Origin: Octopus bimaculoides
Lineage: Eukaryota
Length of the DNA: 64,000 nucleotides
NCBI RefSeq assembly: GCF_001194135.2
Contig: NC_068981.1
Span: 17,615,774-17,679,773 of the forward strand
Direction of reading: 5' to 3'
In this document: positions 24,482-36,964 of the stretch, one piece after another
Position numbering within the stretch: the stretch's first letter is position 1
Layout: each line of letters begins with the position of its first letter
Made by a program: the position numbers and the translations under genes
The notes under the pieces: model-generated
The model's input: the letters and a program-made list of their open reading frames with translations, nothing else
Databases searched by the model: none
What the model was told of the DNA's origin: nothing

Positions 24482-24898
24482 CAACGTCGCCTTCCTGGCA
24501 CTTGTGCCAGTGGCACATGAAAAGTCATTCGAGCGAGATCGTTGCCAGTGCCGATGGACTAGATCCTGTGCAGGTGACACGTAATACACCATTTCGAGCG
24601 TGACCTTTGCCAGTAAGACATCCGAGCAAGATCGTTCCCAGTGCCCCTGGACTGGCCCTTATGCAGGTGGCACGTAAAATACACCATTTCGAGAGTGGCC
24701 GTTGCCAGTACCCGCCTAANNNNNNNNNNGGCACGTAAAATACACCATTTCGAGAGTGGCCGTTGCCAGTACCCGCCTAACTGGCCCTCATGCCAGTGGC
24801 ACGTAAAAGCACCCACTACACTCTCGGAGTGGTTGGCGTTAGGAAGGGCATCCAGCTGTAAACACTCTGGCAAATCAGATTGGAGCCTGGTGTAGCCT
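24482..24898 (+). mobile_element. RTE 3'-end repeat (family E)
   Basis: Sub-repeat array plus core; 3' tail missing; contains a 10-N join. Confidence 0.8.
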
Positions 24899-24904
24899 CC
24901 TGAT

Positions 24905-26054
24905 ACAATGCACTCTGCCAGAAATTTGGAAACAACATGTTGTACTGCTTGGCATTCGCACTGGAAGCTCCAATACAAACATTTCTGAGTGTTTGGGTGT
25001 CAGTCTGAGGACAGTGCAGAAGATTCGGAAAGAGTTGGATGAGTCTAATGGTGATTACAAAGGTACAGCAGCTCGGAAAACTCACTCTGATTGTTCTAAT
25101 AAGAAAAGAACTCCTGAATTTGTTGGTGAGATCCAGGCCATGATTAACAACGATCCCTCCAAGTCAGTCAAGTCCAACACTGGGGACATGGCAGGTAAGT
25201 CCATGAAGACATTCAGTGTTCCTCATATAAGATGAGAAAGGGCCAATTTTTATCCCAAGTCATCAAGGACAAGAGGAAAGACTGCACTATGAAGCTTTTG
25301 AACAAACTCAAACATCCCCTGCACCTCAACATGCTTTGGTTTTTTTCAGATGAGAGAAATTTCTGCCAGGATCTGCCATGGTAAACATGCAGGACATCCA
25401 TTGGCTTGCCATGTCCCCAAAATATTTACCGAAAGTGATAAAAATCATACATCCAGTTAACCTCATGGCGTTTGGAGTGATCACTAGTGACAGTGATTTT
25501 ATGCCTCCATTCATCTTTGCACATGGCCTCACACTCAACATGGAGGCCTACATCAAGTGTCTGAAGGAGGGTAGTGCTACCCTGTGTCAACAGGGTGGCT
25601 ACTGGAAGATACTATGTCTTACAACAGGACTCTGCACTATGCTACACAAATAGGAGAACCCAGTCATAGCTGTCAGGCATTTCTGCGACCACATGACCCT
25701 TAACATCTGGTCACCTAACTCCCCACACTGAAACCCCCTTGATTATTATGTGTGGGATACAATTGAGTGAGAGACCAACAAACTCCTTGTAACACCAAAG
25801 ATGAACTGAAGGCAAAGATTACGGCAGCATTCACCCACTTAAACAAGGAGACCATCCAGAAGAGTTGCAGGAGATTCCAAAGTCGTCTGGAGGTCATGGT
25901 TGAAGCCAGTGGTGATGTTATTAAATGAATTTATTTTTTAGTATTTATAGCTATTTTAATGTAATTTTGGTAAATATATCTGTTAAAATGTGATGTCAAT
26001 GTTATTTTCATTTTTTTGCATAATTTAGAAGACAATTTATTCACTGCACCGTCT
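24905..26054 (+). mobile_element. Second copy of the same DD37D (maT-like) transposon, degenerate
   Basis: HTH region (SLRTVQKIRKEL), HPVNLMAFGVITSD, QQDSA...PLDYY; 3' terminus is the reverse complement of the 4431 terminus; multiple stops and frameshifts. Confidence 0.85.
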
Positions 26055-26646
26055 GTGTGTGTGTGTGTTTCTGTTTGTCAACCCACCACCACTTCTTGCA
26101 TTCCCTATGACTTAGTAGTTCAGCGAAAGTGACTAATAGAATGAAGACCAGACTTTAAAATATATACTGTGGTTAATTTGTTCAACCAAAGCCATGAAGG
26201 TGGTGCCCCAGCATGGTCGCTGTCCACTGGCTGAAACAAGTAAGAAGTAAAAAATAAAGGGAAGATAGACATCATGCTAGGAAAGCAAATTCAGGGCAGG
26301 AATGATAGTGAACATGACCCTTTTCAGGGTCCCTGAGACTGGAGGGAGGAAAGGATATAATTATTCTCAAACCAGAGACCCGGGTAAAGAAAGCTTGCTT
26401 CTGAATGGTTTCTACTAAAAGAACCCAAAGCTGTGGTTGAAGAAAGCAATATGGCTGAGGGGAATGTTCTTCATATTAAATATGATAGGTGTAGGCATGG
26501 CTGTATGGTTAAGAAGTTTGATTAACCAACCACACAGTTCTGGGTTCAGTCCCTCTGGGTGTATGTGACATCTTGGTTAAATGACTTCTACAATATTCTG
26601 GGGCCTTGTGAATGGAGTTGATAGACAGAAGCTGATAGAAGCCAGG

Positions 26647-26691
<45 letters not shown>

Positions 26692-29600
26692 TGTGTGTGT
26701 CCNNNNNNNNNNTGTGTGTGTGTCTGTGTGTGTCCTAGTCTTGACCTTGTGTAATTGTTATAAACGAACGCCATTCATTCCAATATTCTGTGAAAGCATC
26801 TCTGGTTATGGGGAAATGTTGTCTAGCTTGGAAAAAAAAAGTAGGGGCTGGCAACAGGAAGGGCAGCCAGCCATAGAAAATCTGCCTCAGTAAACTCCAT
26901 CTGATCCATGCGAACATGGAAAAGTGGACATTAAAATGATTATAATGATGATGATGACGATAACGATGACCTACATGTGTAATACAGGGAGCAGAAAAGC
27001 TATGATCAGCTGAGCTTATCCAAGCAAATAGTAGACAGTAAACTTCCTCTGGAGAAGTTAAAACTGTGAAATCGAGAAACAAGGGAGATAACTCTAATAA
27101 ATTCAGTTGGTTGAAATTTTTTTCACAATAGGCGCAGGAGTGGCTGTGTTGTAAGTAGCTTGCTTACCAGCCGCATGGTTCCAGGNNNNNNNNNNNNNNN
27201 NNNNNNNNNNNNNNNNNNNNNNNNNNNNNNNNNNNNNNNNNNNNNNNNNNNNNNNNNNNNNNNNNNNNNNNNNNNNNNNNNNNNNNNNNNNNNNNNNNNN
27301 NNNNNNNNNNNNNNNNNNNNNNNNNNNNNNNNNNNNNNNNNNNNNNNNNNNNNNNNNNNNNNNNNNNNNNNNNNNNNNNNNNNNNNNNNNNNNNNNNNNN
27401 NNNNNNNNNNNNNNNNNNNNNNNNNNNNNNNNNNNNNNNNNNNNNNNNNNNNNNNNNNNNNNNNNNNNNNNNNNNNNNNNNNNNNNNNNNNNNNNNNNNN
27501 NNNNNNNNNNNNNNNNNNNNNNNNNNNNNNNNNNNNNNNNNNNNNNNNNNNNNNNNNNNNNNNNNNNNNNNNNNNNNNNNNNNNNNNNNNNNNNNNNNNN
27601 NNNNNNNNNNNNNNNNNNNNNNNNNNNNNNNNNNNNNNNNNNNNNNNNNNNNNNNNNNNNNNNNNNNNNNNNNNNNNNNNNNNNNNNNNNNNNNNNNNNN
27701 NNNNNNNNNNNNNNNNNNNNNNNNNNNNNNNNNNNNNNNNNNNNNNNNNNNNNNNNNNNNNNNNNNNNNNNNNNNNNNNNNNNNNNNNNNNNNNNNNNNN
27801 NNNNNNNNNNNNNNNNNNNNNNNNNNNNNNNNNNNNNNNNNNNNNNNNNNNNNNNNNNNNNNNNNNNNNNNNNNNNNNNNNNNNNNNNNNNNNNNNNNNN
27901 NNNNNNNNNNNNNNNNNNNNNNNNNNNNNNNNNNNNNNNNNNNNNNNNNNNNNNNNNNNNNNNNNNNNNNNNNNNNNNNNNNNNNNNNNNNNNNNNNNNN
28001 NNNNNNNNNNNNNNNNNNNNNNNNNNNNNNNNNNNNNNNNNNNNNNNNNNNNNNNNNNNNNNNNNNNNNNNNNNNNNNNNNNNNNNNNNNNNNNNNNNNN
28101 NNNNNNNNNNNNNNNNNNNNTGGATGAGTCTGTTGATGTTTTCTTTCAAAAATTGCATCTTGTGTTATCAATATCAGACACTATTGCTATGCTTTTGTCT
28201 CATAACAGAAACCAAGCAACCAAAGAAAAAAATAAATGAAAAAAATTAGTGAAAATCAAGGAAAAGTTAGTGAAAATATCTGATGGAAAGATAGAGGTTT
28301 TGTTCCCACTGACACTTTTTAGCCCTATTTGGAGAAAATGAGTTGGGAAAACATTTGCAGAAAAATATTTTTTTTTTAAATCAAATTAAGTCTAAAATTT
28401 TATTCCCTGATGCCTATTGATGAATGAAAATAGAAGATTGTGGATTCATTCCTTTCTAAACAGAAAACATATTAAGGCTATTTCTGATAACACGAAAAAA
28501 AACAAATGATTCTTAATGAAAAGCTCGAGTCTTTATATTTTCTTTTTGTGAAGAAAAAAACGTCAGATCACGCTTCTTTGTTGAAGCAGGGGAAAAAAAG
28601 GGAGATAACTGTTAATCTATTAGCGAATTCATTATATTCATATATATATATATAAACACACACACATATATTTTTGTTTCAAACATTGAAACTGATATGA
28701 CTTTAGAAGATTTAATCAATTCTGTTTCCTTTTTCAGCATGTACACGTTTTTTTTTTCACATCTTCATCTTCTACTCCCTCTCAATTTAACATCCCCATT
28801 GTCATTTCCATCGCCTTCACCATCACCATCATCATCACATACACTTTTATTATTATTATCATCACCAACATTTCTATAATCATTTCTAGCAGTAGCAGTA
28901 ATAACTTTGTCATCCTTATCATCATCATCACACATCATAATCATCATCATCATCAACATTTTCATCATCTTCTTCATTATCATCATATTTTCACAACTAT
29001 CCTTTTACGATGAAATAGATTTGAAATGAAGAAGAAATAATTGTTCTACTTCCATTGCACCATTACATTAAGTACTTAACCTGCTTTGCTGTGGCTCTTA
29101 TCATGGCTATTATCACCTGCCATCAAATTATATGAAATACTACAAGCTACCACCGCCTATCACAAGCTACTACTGCTTATAACAAGCTATCAGCACTGCC
29201 ATCATCCACCATCATCTAATACTGCTTGCCAACATCCAGCATTACCTACCATCATCTACTATCAACCACTATCAGTTCCCATCATCATGTGTCTGCCCCT
29301 CACAGAATTTTCTTCATCTCTTCACACGTCATCATATGATTGCCCCTCACAGAATTGTTTTCATCCCTTCTCACGTCATCATGTACCTGCCCCTCACAGA
29401 ATTTGTTTTACCTCTTCTCATAGCATGCGTATTGTAACGCATCACACTTAGTTCTATTAAAGCCAAGTACCACTTGACCATATCACTCACCTCCTCTCAT
29501 CAAGCTACCATTTATTAAGGTCACTATATATATTGTAGCACTCAGCTAAAATCATCTCATGAACAAACCACATAATAAACTGTGAATTCTTGTCCCTGGA

Positions 29601-29842
29601 CCAGCATTTCTCAACCGGTTTTCCCCAGAACCCTAGGGTTCTGCAAAAGGTTCCTAGGGACTCCACGAAAAAGAGTGAGATAAGTTAATGCTAATTTCAT
29701 GATTGTAATATTACTATATATGCACAACATATTGGTTATTGTAATATTGTAACATAGACACCATCCCATCTAACCTATTATGTTATCAAAAAAATATAAC
29801 AACCATAGGGGATATATTTAGTGATGTTTATAATTTATGGAC

Positions 29843-29874
<32 letters not shown>

Positions 29875-29875
29875 C

Positions 29876-30270
29876 CCCTGTTCCGTACTGGTGGCATGTA
29901 AAAAGCATCATTCGAGCATGGTCGATGCCAGTGCCGCCTGACTGGTCCCATGTCGGTGGCATGTAAAAAGCACCATTTGAGCGTGGTCAATGCCAGTGCC
30001 GCCTGAATGGCCCCTGTGCAGGTGGCACGTGAAAAGCACCCACTACACTCTCAGAGTGGTTGGCATTAGGAAGGGCGTCCAGCTGTAGAAACTCTGCCAA
30101 ATCAGATTGGAGCCTGGTACAACCTTCTGGCTTGCCAGTTNNNNNNNNNNACTCTGCCAAATCAGATTGGAGCCTGGTACAACCTTCTGGCTTGCCAGTT
30201 CTCAATCAAACTGTCCAACCCATGCCAGCATGGAAAGCAGACGTTAAACAACAATGATGATGATGATGAT
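29876..30270 (+). mobile_element. RTE 3'-end repeat (family E)
   Basis: Core plus (GAT)n tail; contains a 10-N join. Confidence 0.8.
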
Positions 30271-30442
30271 ATACCAAAGAGAAGGGGAGAGCAACCATGA
30301 CACTTGCTGGACCCTACACAGAAAATATCAATGTGGGCAATGTTCTGTTTGAACTTCAGTGTTCATTAATTAAAATGTTAATAATGATGTCCTTGACCTT
30401 GTTGCAATTCCTCATTAAACTAAAACACTTTCTGTTTTCCAG

Positions 30443-30642
30443 AAAAGTCCAAAAGTCAAGGAGAACTTCATCCAGGAGTCATATGTAACAAGTGTGGTAA
30501 ACAAGTTCGTGGAAACCGTTACAAGTGTTTAATATGTCAAGAATATGAACTGTGTGAAGATTGTGAAAATCTAAGAGTTCATCTGGAACATGCAGTCATC
30601 AGAATTCCATCTCCAAGCACTCTTTGGATGCCACTGGTAACG
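30443..30642 (+). CDS. SQSTM1: SQSTM1/p62 exon: ZZ-type zinc finger
   Basis: Acceptor tctgttttccag, phase 1 as required by the PB1 exon; EKSKSQGELHPGVICNKCGKQVRGNRYKCLICQEYELCEDCENLRVHLEHAVIRIPSPSTLWMPL(VT); CxxC-CxxC-CxxC-HxxH at p62 spacing. Two phase-0 donors (exon end 30636 or 30642). Confidence 0.92.
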
Positions 30643-30865
30643 GTAAGAATTAGTTCCATTTAACTGTTTAGTATAAGTAACCTTCTCTATTTTAGAGGTC
30701 CATTGTTGACAAGTTTTCTTCAACAACTTCTTTCTCTATTTATACCTCATGTATTAATGTTCTTTATGTGTACATATATGCCTGTGTGTGTGTGTGTGTG
30801 TGTAAAACATATCTGACTAGCTAGTTTTATATGTGTGTGTAGTATGTGTACAAGTGTATGTCCTC

Positions 30866-31335
30866 ATCATCATTATCATCATCGTTTAATGCCCGCTTTC
30901 CATGCTAGCATGGGTTGGACGATTTGACTGATGACTGGCGAACCAGATGGCAGCACCAGGCTCCAATCTGATTTGGCAGAGTTTCTACAGCTGGATGCCC
31001 TTCCTAATGCCAATCACTCCAAGAGTGTAGTGGGTGCTTTTACATGCCACCGGCACGAGGGCCAGTCAGGTGGTACTGGCAACAGCCACACTCAAAATGG
31101 TGTTTTTTACATGCCACCTGTACAGGAGCCAGTCCAGCAGCATTGGCAACAACCTCGCTCGAATGGTTTTTCACGTGCCACCGGCAAAAGTGCCAGTAAG
31201 GCGACGCTGGTAACAATCACACTCAAATGGTGCTATTTACGTACCACTGGCACGGAAGCCAGACAGCTGCTCTGGCAATGATCACACTTGGACAGTGCTG
31301 TTAGCGCTCCACTGGCACAGGTGCCAGTCATCGAA
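30866..31335 (-). mobile_element. RTE 3'-end repeat (family E)
   Basis: Long form. Confidence 0.85.
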
Positions 31336-31458
31336 TTTGGTTGTTTGTATATACAAATATATATGTATCTGTATCAAGCTGATATAATCTCTCCCTTTCC
31401 CTCGCTCCTTTCTTCCACTCTCTCTCTCTATCTCTCTCTCCCTCTATCTATTTATCTG

Positions 31459-31489
<31 letters not shown>

Positions 31490-31498
31490 TCTTAATAG

Positions 31499-31622
31499 GT
31501 TTCCAGTAATCCAGTATCACCAGCTGTGAAAAATAAACCTGTAGACTTCAACCAATCCACCAGGTGTAATGCTATTCCTTTTGATATCCATGAATACCAG
31601 CCACCACTTCAATCACGTCCAG
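31499..31622 (+). CDS. SQSTM1: SQSTM1/p62 linker exon
   Basis: Acceptor cttcttaatag, donor CAG|gtgagt, 124 nt, phase 0-1, open (VSSNPVSPAVKNKPVDFNQSTRCNAIPFDIHEYQPPLQSRP); supplies exactly the phase change needed between the flanking exons. Confidence 0.8.
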
Positions 31623-32829
31623 GTGAGTACATCACTTCCACAGATGTCTAACCCTAATTCATTATGGAGACGATAAAACTCCAGCAATTACGTAATAGTG
31701 TTTGCTTTGGAGATTTACATTAATTTTTAATAGTAAATTTTAAAACCAGTCTTTCCAAGATCTTCCTGATATAAATTACTGCATCTCACTCTCTCTTCTT
31801 CACTCTAGGGAGTAAAAACTTAATGCTTTCAATTTCCCTAAAAGTTCAGCTCCAGTATAAAGGTAATCTTCTCGGGACTGTAACTAACAATGATAATTTA
31901 TAACCCTTTTGGTATCAATCCACTTGAGACTGTTCCTACTTTTAAGCTGCAGTCTTCCTATTTTAAAGTGATCTAAATTAAAACCTTCCATCAAAATGTC
32001 ATGTTAATTTATGTTCCAAAAACCGATTCAATAATGGTAAAGTTATTTTACTAACCAGCAGAACATATCTCTGCTGTAGCTACCATCAGGGCACCAGATC
32101 ATACCAAAAGAACATAGCATTCTATACTACCTAACATTATCTCTTGAATATTTTTCTCTATTGTTTAGTCAGTGAATGATTTATGATTTATGATTTATGA
32201 TGCAGGCAGAATCATTAGCACACCAAGCAAAATGCTTAATGGTATTTTGTCCATCTTTACATTCTGAGTTCAAATGACACCAGGGTTGACTTTGTCTTTC
32301 GTCCTTTCAGGATCAATTGAATAAGTACCAATTGAAATCTGGGGGGTCAATGTGATTAATTTGCCCCCTCTCTCCTGAAATTGCTAGCCCTATGCCAAAA
32401 TTTGAAAGCAGTTTTGTTTCTCTTTCACTGGATATCAATGTTAAAAAACCAAAAAGAGCTCCACCACCCCCACTGCACCCCCACACTGAGTAAAGCAAGG
32501 AAGAGAGTGGATGTGAATTACAACCTAATGCCAAACTAACTGACCAATTATGAGCTCCAGTTGATGACAACAACAACTGACCAACAGAGATGAAAAAAAA
32601 TCATGTTTTTAGACTGCATAAACTGGTGACCAACAGCTTTGTCTTAAACCAGTTGCTGCGGACCTGTGTCAGTGACCAGGTCAAAATTGGTGCAAAGAAA
32701 ATAGTGACAGCAAATGATAAATGTTTAAGTGAAGCTAACAGTCTGTGTGCATTTCTGAATGGCTAATATGTACTTTCCACATTGTAATTATAAAAAAAAA
32801 AATTTACTTCCTGTTTGTTATTTTATCAG

Positions 32830-33056
32830 GTTTTGCTGCGGCAATGTGTGACCCCTTCATGCATGACTGGTCCTTACTCTCAGACTCTGCTAACGCTAGT
32901 TCTTTGAGTCCTGGCAGTGGAGTTTCTAGAATTATTGATTCTATTACACATGATGAAGATATTCCTCGATCGGGTGGAACACATCAGCTGCCAAAGAAAC
33001 CCATGTCTAGAAGTCTCTTTGACTTTGATGATGATGACGATGATGATGATGGAGAG
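32830..33056 (+). CDS. SQSTM1: SQSTM1/p62 linker exon with candidate LIR (DWSLL) and poly-Asp
   Basis: Acceptor ttattttatcag, donor GAG|gtaagt, 227 nt, phase 1-0, open (GFAAAMCDPFMHDWSLL...SLFDFDDDDDDDDGE). Confidence 0.85.
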
Positions 33057-33258
33057 GTAAGTTGACAAAGCAAAGAATGAAGTTCAGAAAATGGAATGGG
33101 TTGTTGTGCCTTTGAGAAGAGGAGAATTCTATCATTGCAAACAGAATCCTTCATCAAAGAATGCTATGTTCATGAATTAAAACAGCCTTCATAGAAATTC
33201 TACAGCAAATCTAATTTAAAATACTTAGAACAAGACCAACGAGATATTGCTAAATTGT

Positions 33259-33342
<84 letters not shown>

Positions 33343-33362
33343 CAGCAGCAGCAGCAGCAGCA
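33259..33362. repeat. (TAG)n followed by (CAG)n microsatellite
   Basis: Direct reading. Confidence 0.95.
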
Positions 33363-33759
33363 GTTGTAGTGGTAGCTGCTTGTGGTAGTGATAGTGGTGA
33401 TGTTTAACCCCAGGTCAACCTCAATCCAGTAGAATTTATGACCATCCCATCTTTTGCTCAGATATCCTTACTATCTAGGTCACATTATCCAATATGTCTT
33501 GCAATTTTTTGGAGTTGTTAGTATATAATTTGAGGGAAATTTGGCTGCCATTTCTAGCAGAGCAGGCAACCAAATACAAGCTATATTATAGGCTTGAAAT
33601 GCAGTTATCCTCCAAGTGTTACTGAAAACCTTGTTCTTATGTGGAATTCCATAACATGGAAATTAATGGGAAAACAAAATAATCCTACATTACAGACAGA
33701 TTTTCAGGAATGAAACATTTCTAGAATGTGGGAAATGCAGGAATTTAGTCATCTTTTAT

Positions 33760-34165
33760 CGATTACTCATTTCAGTCATTACACTGCAGCCATGCTGGAA
33801 CACCACCTAGAAGGATTTCATTTGAATGAATCAACCCCAACACTTACGTTTTTTTTTTTTTAAAGCCTGGTACTTATTCTATCAGTTATTTTTGCCGAAC
33901 TGCTAAGATATGAGGACAGCAACACAGTTGTCAAGCAGTGGCGAGGGACAAACAGACATAAAGCACAATCACACATGCACACACACATGTTCACACAAAA
34001 ACACACATATACAATAGGCTTCATTCAGTTACCAAATCCACTCACAAGGCTTTGGTTAGCCTGAGGCTATAGTAGAAGACATTGGGTCAAAGTGCCATGC
34101 AGTGGGACTGAACCCTGAACCATGTGGCTGGGAAGCAAACTTTTTACCACAGAGCTATGCCTGTA
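33760..34165 (-). mobile_element. SINE family A (older copy)
   Basis: Diverged reverse-complement copy. Confidence 0.8.
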
Positions 34166-34344
34166 GAGGTGGTGGAAAGCACAAATTCAGTTTTTATAGA
34201 TGTGGAGCATAAGTCTTATTAAATATTGTATAATTAATGTAACTATCGTTATTGTGTCATCTACAACTGGATACTTGGATCACCTGTGACACAGATAGGG
34301 TAATAACATCAGTTAAATTGTGTTTTAGGAACAAATGAGACCGC

Positions 34345-34870
34345 CATCATCATCATCATCATCATCTTCATCATCATCATCATCGTTTAACGTCCGCCTT
34401 CCATGCTAGCATGGGTTGGACAATTTGACTGAGGACTGGCAAACCAGATGGCTGCACCAGGCTCCAATCTGATCTGGCAGAGTTTCTACAGCTGGATGCC
34501 CTTCCTAATGCCAACCTCTCCGAGAGTGTAGTGGGTGCTTTTACGTGCCACCAGCATGAAGGCCAGTCAGGCGGTACTGGCAGCAGCCATGCTCAAAATG
34601 GTGTATTTTACGTGCCACCTGCACTGGAGCCAGTCCAGCGGCACTGGCAACGATCTCGCTTGAATGTTTTTTCATGTGCCAGTAAGGCGACGCTGGTAAC
34701 GATCACGCTCAAATGGTGCTATCTACGTGCCACCAGCATGGAAGCCAGACAGCTGCTCTGGCAATGATCATGCTCGGACGGTGCTCTTAGTGCTCCACTG
34801 GTACAGGTGCCATCACAATTTTGCTTTCACTTGCCCCAACAGGTCTTTGCAAGCCGAGTTTAGTGTCCAA
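34345..34870 (-). mobile_element. RTE 3'-end repeat (family E)
   Basis: Long form, same 5' truncation region as 11991-12520. Confidence 0.85.
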
Positions 34871-35721
34871 TGAAGTAATCACTTAATGTCCATGTTCCAT
34901 GCTGGCATGGATTGGATGGTTTGACAGGATCCAGTCAGCCCAAGGACTGCATCGTCCTTTAGTGTCTTCTGTGGTATGGTTTCTACCCTTCCTAATGCCA
35001 TCCATTTTACAGAGGCAGTTATATACCACTATCTGTATGGGAACTTGATTTTGTGTTATTAGGTCTTCTCATTCAAGTATGGAACTCAACATACTTGATA
35101 AACAAATACGAAGAAAATAGTGAAGTATTAGTAGAATATAGTTCATATTAATACTACTATAACACATCTTTCCTCATTACCATCTACAATTGTGCTCACC
35201 ATTATTATGATTTTTCTATTATTGTTTTTCATTTCTTAACATGTTTGGCCTAATCAAATTTCTCACTCTCCAACGATATCTTACATCACATTTTACTAAA
35301 TTATTAAATGAATGATTGTACTTCTAATACAATCATAATGTCATAAAAACATTTTTTTAAATAATCACACATCATTTAAAGAGACTGAATTCTGGCATAA
35401 ATTTATTATATTGTTATCTTAATTACTGTATATAAAATAATCACTTCACCTTTCACCACACATTATTTTATTATTTTATTGACTTGGCACAGACAGTATA
35501 GAACTTGTCTAGATGTTTTATGATTTTTGATTGATCTCTCTTTCGTTCAAATTTCAATCTTAAGAACATTCCTTTGTTTTAAATGTTTGTCATGATCGAG
35601 GTCTTGTGCCTGAGATATTCACTCATCTTTCCTATTTTCACCCTTATATGTTTCTTAGTTTACTAAATATTTTATAATCGTTTCCTGGTTCTCTTTTGTT
35701 TGTATTTTTGGCTTATTAAAG

Positions 35722-36424
35722 TTACCAAAAGAATCAACACCTGAGGCGAAACCAAACAAACCTGAAGGGAAACCATTAGCAAGCATTGGTCCAAAAGATA
35801 ACAAGCTTGATGAGAAACCCTTACCAATCACCAAACCAAAACCAAAACAAGCTGAAACTGTTGAACTACCATCAAGTATTTCTGGTAATTCTACCCTAGG
35901 ATCTCATTCACCTCCAAAGTCAAACCAGATAACAGAAGAGAAACCATCTCCTTCAGCCACTTCCATGGATTTTCCTGAAAGTCTAGAAAGTTCTTACTCA
36001 CAATCTCAGCATGTTTCTAAATATGCAGATTCCTTAAACAAATCAAGAGAAGAAAGTCACTCAACAGCAGCTGTTAGCAACATAGGTGGTGCTGAAGCTG
36101 ATGTATCACCTGACAGCTTAACATTGACCAATCAGGCTACAGCCATTACACAAGCGGATCCTGAGAAAACTGATGCAGCTACAAATGACAGTTCTGAAGA
36201 CATACTACTTTCTAATAGTAATGGTAATACTACAGCTACTACTACTACCAACAATAACTCTACAGAGGAGGGTGAAGTTGCTTCAAGAGAAGAGAACAGA
36301 AGCAATGAGGTAACATCAAATAATTCAGAAGACAATGAGACCACGACAGAAACAACTCCAGCAGCAGAACAACGAAGAAACAGAACCTCACCATCGGTTG
36401 ACTACAATTTGTATTACCCTAAAA
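35722..36424 (+). CDS. SQSTM1: SQSTM1/p62 long disordered P/K- then S/T/E/N-rich exon
   Basis: 703 nt, open from phase-0 acceptor ttattaaag (LPKESTPEAKPNKPEGKP...RTSPSVDYNLYYPK); phase-1 donor A|gtaaaa matches the UBA exon. The donor is weak, so the 3' boundary is less certain. Confidence 0.8.
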
Positions 36425-36544
36425 GTAAAAATTTCATTTTGTTTTTTTTAGATTTACTAATGCATGTTGCTTTCATTGAATCTACATGTGGCCGAGAAAA
36501 ATGTTTTTGAAGACTAGACATGTGTGTATTTATATATATGTATG

Positions 36545-36713
36545 TATGTATAGATAGACAGACAGCAGGCAGGCAGGTAGGTAGGTAGGTAGGTAGGTAG
36601 ATAGGTAGATAGATAGAGAGAGAGAGAGAGAGAGGTTGATAGAGAGAGAGAGAGAGAGAGGTAGACAGACAGACAGACAGATAGATAGGTAGGTAGGTAG
36701 GTAGGTAGGTAGG

Positions 36714-36745
<32 letters not shown>

Positions 36746-36780
36746 CAGGCAGGCAGAAAGACAAGTAGGTAGGTAGATTC
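36545..36780. repeat. Compound tetranucleotide/dinucleotide microsatellite (AGGT, AGAT, AGAC, AG)
   Basis: Direct reading. Confidence 0.95.
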
Positions 36781-36933
36781 CACATAGTTTTCGTCTTCCA
36801 AATTCACTCACAAGGCATTGGTTAGCCCAGGGTTATAGTAGAAGATATTTGCCCAAGGTGCCATGCAGTGAGAATGAACCTGATACCATGTAGCTGCAAA
36901 CCACAAAGCCATGCCTGTACAGATGCATGCACA

Positions 36934-36964
<31 letters not shown>

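Noticed and set aside
32431-32766. Single-frame stretch DINVKKPKRAPPPP...MKKNHVFRLHKLV...FLNG in a p62 intron
   Set aside because: Three internal stops, no AG at the end of the pyrimidine tract, and phase incompatible with the upstream exon.
33061-33180. Protein-like frame just after the poly-Asp exon (VDKAKNEVQKMEWVVVPLRR...) with an attractive LIR-like EWVVV
   Set aside because: It is in the +1 frame relative to the exon, behind a perfect GAG|gtaagt donor, and the exon frame stops at 33063-33065. It would need a sequencing indel; only read inspection could revive it.
36259-36276. STEEGE as a Keap1-interacting region
   Set aside because: It lacks the DxSTGE/ETGE geometry and lies in a low-complexity acidic tract.
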